From Aliivibrio fischeri ES114 (lineage in GTDB: Bacteria > Pseudomonadota > Gammaproteobacteria > Enterobacterales > Vibrionaceae): a stretch of 32,000 nt of DNA. Of the stretch, positions 26,505 to 32,000 are shown one piece after another. Location of the stretch: assembly GCF_000011805.1 (NCBI RefSeq), contig NC_006840.2; one strand, given 5' to 3'. The notes under the pieces are model-generated. The model searched no databases. It was not told the origin of the DNA and saw only the letters and a list, made by a program, of their open reading frames with translations. The position numbers were made by a program, and so were the translations under genes. Positions within the stretch are counted from its first letter, which is position 1; every line of letters starts with the position of its first letter.

Positions 26505-26840
26505 GTGTTTAAGTATTTATTGTTAGTAGGTGTACTTTTTAGCGGTACTTCTTTTGGTCGTGAATTGTTTGAAAAAGAAGCTGAGAGCAACAAAGATGAG
26601 ATGTATCGAGTTCAAGCTTATGCTTTCTCATCTATGCCTGATCTAAATTTCAAAGTATGCAGTAGTAATATGCTGACACTATATAAAATAGAAGATACGT
26701 ATTATTTAGTGACTGACTTTACTACCTATGAAAATGCAAAAGACATAGTAAGTTCTTTAAGAGTAGAGTGCGGATTTAAATCATGGATCCGACCTCAAGC
26801 GATGGATTTGTCATTTACTCAGGATAACCGAGCTTACTAA
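26505..26840 (+). CDS. Small secreted hypothetical protein
   Basis: 111 aa; signal-like N-terminus MFKYLLLVGVLFSGTSFG and a terminator-like hairpin downstream. Confidence 0.6.
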   Translation: MFKYLLLVGVLFSGTSFGRELFEKEAESNKDEMYRVQAYAFSSMPDLNFKVCSSNMLTLYKIEDTYYLVTDFTTYENAKDIVSSLRVECGFKSWIRPQAMDLSFTQDNRAY

Positions 26841-26848
26841 AAGGATGG

Positions 26849-26882
26849 GCAAAGGTATTTATTTACTTTTGCCCATTTTTAT
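26849..26882. terminator. Convergent-gene terminator
   Basis: TGGGCAAAGG...CTTTTGCCCA followed by TTTTTA. Confidence 0.7.
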
Positions 26883-28226
26883 TTAGATAAGATTAAATTT
26901 AGTCCATACTTTAGAGCGCCAGCGGCGAGCCATAATTACTCCTCGAACCCATTCATCTGCAGCTAATGCGAGCCATGCGCCCAGTACACCAAAACCAAAC
27001 TGAACGCCAAGTAGATAAGTCAGACTAACCGCAACTCCCCACATGCTTAATATCCCTAATTGAACTGGAAATTTAATATCACCAGTCCCTTTAAGTGCGG
27101 ATATAAAGACAAGGTTAAATACTCGTCCAGCTTCCACTAAAATAGAGCCTGCGATTAATCCTGCTGTTAAGGTTATGACCTCTGGATCTTGTGTGAATAT
27201 GTCGAGTAATTCATAACGGAAGAAAAAGACGATACAAGTAAGGGCAACAGAGACAGCAAAAGAGATTAAGAAGTAGATCTGAACTCGTGTAAGAATCTGC
27301 TCAATCCATTTTTTTCCTACGTAATAACTGGTTTGTATTTGGCTTGCTTGACCAACAGCTAATGCAAAAGCAAAAGAGACGCGAGCAATATTTTGGGCGT
27401 AAGTAAAAGCGGTTAACGAAGCGGTACCCATTCTTACTACTAAGTAAACAATGACCATTTGTGACAAGTTATATGAGAGCATTTCACCTGCATTCATTAC
27501 CCCAATATGCATGATCTTTTTATAGGTTGTTTGAGGTATTTTTTTAAAGCTCATCATTGGCAGCGCAATGTGTTTTCTATGGATCATTATCCATAAAATA
27601 ATCGTATTAATGACTTGGCTAAACGCAGTCGCAACAGCTACACCTTGCACACCATAAACAGGCAATCCAAAAGGTTGATACAAAGCGCAATAGTTACCAA
27701 ATATATTAAGTCCACCAGTGAGAAGATTCACTATCATTGGAGTACGAGAATATCCATTACTGCGTAATATGGTAGAGAAGACGATACCAAGGGTTACGGT
27801 TAATGTGAAAGAACCTGTAATAATTAAATAATCGTATGCAAAAGTTGCAACGTCACTTTCTAGTCCATACATGATGACAATAGGATTTGCGGCAAAAAAG
27901 GCAAATAAACTGAGGCCAAGTCCTAATATTCCACCAAGCACAACACTGGCTACCGCAACATCGGTTGATTGTTGAGTTCGTCCAGATCCATTGTATTGAC
28001 CAATAAGAATGCCAGTACCAGTACTCACCATCATCGAAATTATCATTAAAAAGAAAATGATTTGCGAGATGACCCCAATAGCAGATACTGCCAGATCAGA
28101 GTAGCCACTAAGCATGAATACATCACTGGTACTAATGGCTGTACGCAGTAAAATTTCCACCAGAATCGGCCACGCTAATGTCGTGATCTGCATTCGGCGT
28201 TCAATAGGATTGCTTTTATCAAGCAT
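26883..28226 (-). CDS. MATE family multidrug efflux / Na+-driven transporter
   Basis: 447 aa, 12 TM-like segments; LAWPILVEILLRTAISTSDVFMLSGYSDLAVSAIG and GVQGVAVATAFSQVINTIILW. Confidence 0.88.
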   Translation of the reverse strand: MLDKSNPIERRMQITTLAWPILVEILLRTAISTSDVFMLSGYSDLAVSAIGVISQIIFFLMIISMMVSTGTGILIGQYNGSGRTQQSTDVAVASVVLGGILGLGLSLFAFFAANPIVIMYGLESDVATFAYDYLIITGSFTLTVTLGIVFSTILRSNGYSRTPMIVNLLTGGLNIFGNYCALYQPFGLPVYGVQGVAVATAFSQVINTIILWIMIHRKHIALPMMSFKKIPQTTYKKIMHIGVMNAGEMLSYNLSQMVIVYLVVRMGTASLTAFTYAQNIARVSFAFALAVGQASQIQTSYYVGKKWIEQILTRVQIYFLISFAVSVALTCIVFFFRYELLDIFTQDPEVITLTAGLIAGSILVEAGRVFNLVFISALKGTGDIKFPVQLGILSMWGVAVSLTYLLGVQFGFGVLGAWLALAADEWVRGVIMARRWRSKVWTKFNLI

Positions 28227-28399
28227 AGTTTGTCCTTAAAAAAGGGAAGAGAGGATGCTCTTCACCATACAGCTAGGAAGGAAATATAAAGGTGTCTACT
28301 TTGACGAAATTCATTCTCCCAATCTGGGAGCTGGAACTCATTTTTGGATAGTATATTAATTCACACAATTATCTATGAAAATAGTGAGAATAATTGGTA

Positions 28400-29661
28400 T
28401 TAACATCGAATTTTAGGAATGTCTTTCCATTTGGTAGTGTATTGCGGGGTGAGCATTTCTCGTTTCATTCCCCATTGGGTATTTATCCCTTGAGCGCCAA
28501 GAAATAGGGTGTCTGTACCGTATTTATGATTGATTTTATCAAAAATAGTCATTAACTGATTATTGTTTGGGGCTGGGTTTAATAAATCGAATTGCTCATG
28601 TCTTCCATCAAGTAAATCTAATAAACCAACACCCACTTTATAATAGCGAACGTCTGGATGAAACAACTCTTTAGCGATGTGTGTGACCACTGAGGTGATA
28701 TGATTTACATCGGCTGTTGGGTAAGCAAAATGGTGAGTTGCACGTCCATTTACTGGTTTATCATCATGAGGAGAGTTTGAAGCAAAGCAAAGCAAAGTAA
28801 TGTTTTACATAATGAACCTTGTTTTCTGGCTTTCTGTGAAGCAATAGCTGCATGTTTTGCTAACGCTTGTTGTAATGCATCAAGATCGGTAATGCGGTTT
28901 CCCATACTACGAGTTGAAAATATTTGTTTTTTATCTGCACGAGCAACATCCTATGATTTACATGGCGTTCCATTTAACTCTAATACAATACGTTCAACTT
29001 CAACGTTGAAGTTTTTTCTTACTAAGCCGATTGGCATATTGGTCAGTTGGAGTGCTGTATGAATACCCATTTGATGCATACGTTCAGAGAGTTTTCGACC
29101 GATCCCCCATACTTCTTCAACAGATAAAAGGTGGAGTGCATTCAAACGTTCTTGTTCATTATCCAATACACAAACACCATGATAGCCTGCGAACTTTTTG
29201 GCTGCATGGTTTGCTACCTTAGCCAAGGTTAATGTGGTTCCCATACCGACACAAACCGCTAATCGACACTCTTTCCATACGGCTTTACGTAATTGATTCG
29301 CATGTGAACGTAAACAAGGTATTGCGGGAAAGCTACGTTTAAAAGAGAGAAAGGATTCATCAATGGAGTAGATATGTTGCTCTGGCGCAAAGCGTCCAAT
29401 AACTTCCATCATTTTAGACGATAAATCAGAATACAATTCATAATTAGAAGATAGAGCAATAACCCCTTTGTCTTCACATTGTTTTTTTATTTGAAAGTAA
29501 GGTTTAAATTTAGGTATACCTGCTTCTGTCGCTTGGCGATTGGCTGCGACAATCATGCCATCGTTATTGGATAACACAATAATAGGGCGGTTACGCCATT
29601 CAGGACGAAAGACTTGCTCTGCACTGCAATAAAAAGAGTTAGCATCAACCAGAGCAAACAT
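28400..29661 (-). pseudogene. umuC: umuC (error-prone DNA polymerase V catalytic subunit), disrupted
   Basis: N-terminal part 28951-29661 (MFALVDANSFYCSAEQVFRPEWRNRPIIVLSNNDGMIVAANRQATEAGI...) stops at TAG 28951-28953. The same frame continues as DVARADKKQIFSTRSMGNRITDLDAL..., then shifts frame at an AGCAA repeat into ASNSPHDDKPVNGRATHHFAYPTADV...IPKIRC. Confidence 0.92.
28781..28795. repeat. Tandem (AGCAA)x3 in umuC, site of frameshift
   Basis: AGCAAAGCAAAGCAAAG. Removing one 5 bp unit restores TLLCFASNSPHDDKP in frame. Confidence 0.88.
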
Positions 29662-30068
29662 TAGGATTGGCTCAGTAAATAACTTGGACGGTGGCAGCGA
29701 ATAGAGCGAGTAACAACGCCCTCAATGGTGAAGGTATCGTAATCATTAATGGGAACGGTTTGGTATCTTTCATTGGCTGAAACTAATAAACGACGTTGTG
29801 TATCCAGTATTTTACAGACGAATTCACCATTAAAATTAGCGACAATGACATCATTGCTTTGTACTGTTACATAGCGATCGACAATGAGTAAATCGCCATC
29901 AAAAATGCCAACCCCTTGCATTGAATCACCACTGGCACGCCCAATAAAGGTTGAACTTGGGTGCTCAATTAATAATTCATCGAGATCAAAAGAAAGCTGA
30001 GAATATTCAGCAGCAGGGCTTTCAAAGCCACTAATACCAGCACTGGCGTGAAGAGGAATTACATTCAT
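29661..30068 (-). CDS. umuD: UmuD family SOS mutagenesis autoprotease subunit
   Basis: ESPAAEYSQLSFDLDELLIEHPSSTFIGRASGDSMQGVGIFDGDLLIVDR with catalytic Ser (GDSM) and Lys (EFVCKIL). Overlaps the umuC start. Confidence 0.94.
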   Translation of the reverse strand: MNVIPLHASAGISGFESPAAEYSQLSFDLDELLIEHPSSTFIGRASGDSMQGVGIFDGDLLIVDRYVTVQSNDVIVANFNGEFVCKILDTQRRLLVSANERYQTVPINDYDTFTIEGVVTRSIRCHRPSYLLSQS

Positions 30069-30077
30069 AAAATAACA

Positions 30078-30093
30078 CTGTATATAAGTACAG
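30078..30093. promoter_or_regulatory. LexA/SOS box upstream of umuD
   Basis: CTGTATATAAGTACAG = CTGT-N8-ACAG, immediately upstream of umuD. Confidence 0.92.
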
Positions 30094-30160
30094 CGTTATT
30101 TTGGGTGTGAATGAATAAAATAGCAAGTGATTAGATAAAAAATATCGTTAACTGCTTACT

Positions 30161-30928
30161 TTATAACAAGGCATTTTTCTTCATTAATTCTTTATCTACA
30201 CCTTTTAGCTTCATTTCATCCATAATGAAGTTAACCGCATTTAGCAGCTCTTGCTCGCCTTTAGGTACTAAATAACCAAATTGGCTTTTTGTGAATGGGT
30301 CGTCGCAGCGAGACGCTTCTAATCGCTTGTCTGTTGCTTGGTAGTAAAGCGCTTCTGGTGTTTCGGTTACCATTACGTCAACTTTTCCTGTCGCAACGGC
30401 TTGGGGAACATCAAGGTTATTTTTGTAACGTGTGAATGTTGCACTTTGTAGATGAGTATCAGCAAATATCTCATTAGTACCGCCAATGTTAATACCTAAA
30501 CGAGTACTTGATTTATTGACTTTATCAATGGTGTTATAAGTTTCAGCTTTTCCTTTTGCGACAAGGAAGCATTTACCAAAAGTCATGTAGCCTTGGCTTT
30601 GTTCAGCATGCAGCTGACGCTGTATTTTACGTGTGATGCCGCCCATTGCGATGTCGTATTTGTCAGCATTAAGATCGGGAATGAGATTTTTCCATGAGGT
30701 TTGAACTAACTCTAATTTTACATCTAGCTGTTCTGCTATGTATTTGGCAACATCAATATCATAACCAGAAAATTGCTTACCATCGAAAGAAGAGAAGGGC
30801 TTATAGTCACCCGTTGTACCGACTCGAATAATTCCGGCTTCTTGGATTTCATCTAAGCGATCTGCGTGAGCTGTGAAGGAAGCGGCAAATAGCACAGATA
30901 TGCATAAAAGTTTCTTTTTCATCATCAA
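30161..30928 (-). CDS. Periplasmic substrate-binding protein of the amino-acid / cyclohexadienyl dehydratase (PheC-like) family
   Basis: Signal peptide; GIIRVGTTGDYKPFSSFDGKQFSGYDIDVAKYIAEQL, TSWKNLIPDLNADKYDIAMGGIT, NIGGTNEIFADTHL. No adjacent permease or ATPase genes. Confidence 0.85.
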   Translation of the reverse strand: MMMKKKLLCISVLFAASFTAHADRLDEIQEAGIIRVGTTGDYKPFSSFDGKQFSGYDIDVAKYIAEQLDVKLELVQTSWKNLIPDLNADKYDIAMGGITRKIQRQLHAEQSQGYMTFGKCFLVAKGKAETYNTIDKVNKSSTRLGINIGGTNEIFADTHLQSATFTRYKNNLDVPQAVATGKVDVMVTETPEALYYQATDKRLEASRCDDPFTKSQFGYLVPKGEQELLNAVNFIMDEMKLKGVDKELMKKNALL

Positions 30929-31213
30929 ATCTTTTTGTTTATTAATTTAACTAACAAACTTATCACTATTTTGTAAATAAACAGATTAAACCATTCTATA
31001 AATAACGATAAAAAAACATGAGTGAGACATATTTCAAGTGGATGATTGTTGTATGTATTGATTCAATCTATTTGAAGGTCGCAAAATGTAAATAATATGG
31101 ATTAATTGTTATTAAGGGAATGGAGTAAGCCTTTACCACATAAGGGCTGCACTGGTTTTTCTTATTAATCTGAATTACTATTCTCAGCTTTGTTTCAACT
31201 GTGTGATGTATTG

Positions 31214-32000
31214 ATGACAGTTTTATTATTCTTACAGATCGGTCTTGTTATTGGAGGCCTAACGTTCCTTTTTATGCTTGTATCACTATGGCTTAAGAAA
31301 AAGGACTCAGAAAAAGACACTAATATATGGGCAGTTGGTCTAATTGGTGGTTTTGCAAACTTTTGTGACACTCTTGGTGTTGGAAGTTTTGCCATTAAAA
31401 CGGCTGGTTATAAGCAGTTTAATTTAATCGATGACAAAGTATTACCTGGTACCTTGAATGCTCAAGCAACCATGGCAACGGTTTTTCAAGCATTGATTTT
31501 TCTTACCGCTGTTAATGTGGATTTAACGACGCTACTTAGCCTAATTATTGCAGCGTGTGTTGGCGCAACAGTTGGTGCTCGATTAGTATCAAATTTTGAT
31601 CGCCAATTGATTCGTTTGATTATGGCTGGCGCTTTGCTGGTTGTTGCATTACTGATGTTTGCAGGACGTTTAGATTTATTCCCACTAGGTGGTGAAGAGT
31701 TAGGATTAAGTGGTGAAAAATTGGTTATCGGTATTATTGGTAACTTTATTTTTGGTGCATTAATGACGGTAGGGATTGGTTTATACGCACCGTGTATGAC
31801 GATGATTTACTTGTTAGGTATGAACCCGTTAGCGGCATTTCCTATTATGATGTGTTCATGCGCATTTTTATGTTTCTTTTCTGCTGGCGGTTTTATCAAG
31901 CAGAAAGCCGTGAACTCAAGAGCATCTTTGGTGGTGGCGATTACCGGACCTATTGGCGTGCTAATTGCGGCGTTCATTGTTAAATCTCTTGATGTCGATA
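31214..32000 (+). CDS. TauE/SafE-like sulfite exporter family membrane permease (partial, runs off right edge)
   Basis: Open frame from ATG 31214: MTVLLFLQIGLVIGGLTFLFMLVSLWLKKKDSEKDTNIWAVGLIGGFANFCDTLGVGSFAIKT...IIGNFIFGALMTVGIGLYAPCMTMIYLLGMNPLAAFPIM; no stop before 32000. Confidence 0.82.
   Translation, partial: MTVLLFLQIGLVIGGLTFLFMLVSLWLKKKDSEKDTNIWAVGLIGGFANFCDTLGVGSFAIKTAGYKQFNLIDDKVLPGTLNAQATMATVFQALIFLTAVNVDLTTLLSLIIAACVGATVGARLVSNFDRQLIRLIMAGALLVVALLMFAGRLDLFPLGGEELGLSGEKLVIGIIGNFIFGALMTVGIGLYAPCMTMIYLLGMNPLAAFPIMMCSCAFLCFFSAGGFIKQKAVNSRASLVVAITGPIGVLIAAFIVKSLDVD

Noticed and set aside
28400-28795. Independent 131 aa gene
   Set aside because: It is the C-terminal part of umuC displaced by the 5 bp repeat expansion.
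28781-28795. Phase-variable switch in umuC
   Set aside because: Loss of one AGCAA unit would restore frame, but the separate in-frame TAG at 28951-28953 would still truncate the protein, so decay is more likely than switching.
30161-30928. Part of an ABC transporter operon
   Set aside because: No permease or ATPase gene is adjacent; the protein fits a stand-alone PheC-like or orphan binding protein.

Overview
This 32 kb chromosomal window is Vibrionaceae-like, most plausibly Aliivibrio (an inference from gene content such as cpdP). The backbone is mostly housekeeping or ordinary accessory genes: yajQ (partial), aroG, a stand-alone PEP-synthase C-terminal-like protein, cvfB, a GGDEF protein, two tRNA-Val(GAC) genes, an omptin, a LysM lipoprotein, a MalY/PatB-type aminotransferase with NhaC, a LacI-family regulator, cpdP, an RCC1-like lipoprotein, yciA, a TetR-linked cluster, an exported amidohydrolase, a MATE pump, umuD with a broken umuC, a periplasmic binding protein and a TauE-like permease. 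The most interesting element is an AT-rich four-gene operon at 9615-13788. Its genes encode a phosphoenolpyruvate mutase with the EDK-x5-NS signature, a DcuC-like membrane transporter, an ATP-grasp ligase and an Ldh/malate-dehydrogenase-family (sulfolactate-dehydrogenase-like) oxidoreductase. It looks like a compact phosphonate natural-product pathway with no phosphonopyruvate decarboxylase. It lies between two ~248 bp direct repeats (8861-9108 and 13863-14109, about 93% identical by eye) that duplicate the 3' end and terminator of the aminotransferase gene, which suggests integration by homologous recombination. A truncated fifth ORF sits at the right junction. Other points of note are a two-lesion umuC pseudogene behind a LexA-box umuD, three matching palindromes in a TetR-linked cluster, a perfect 20 bp palindrome upstream of nhaC, and a probably inactive PpsA-like domain protein.
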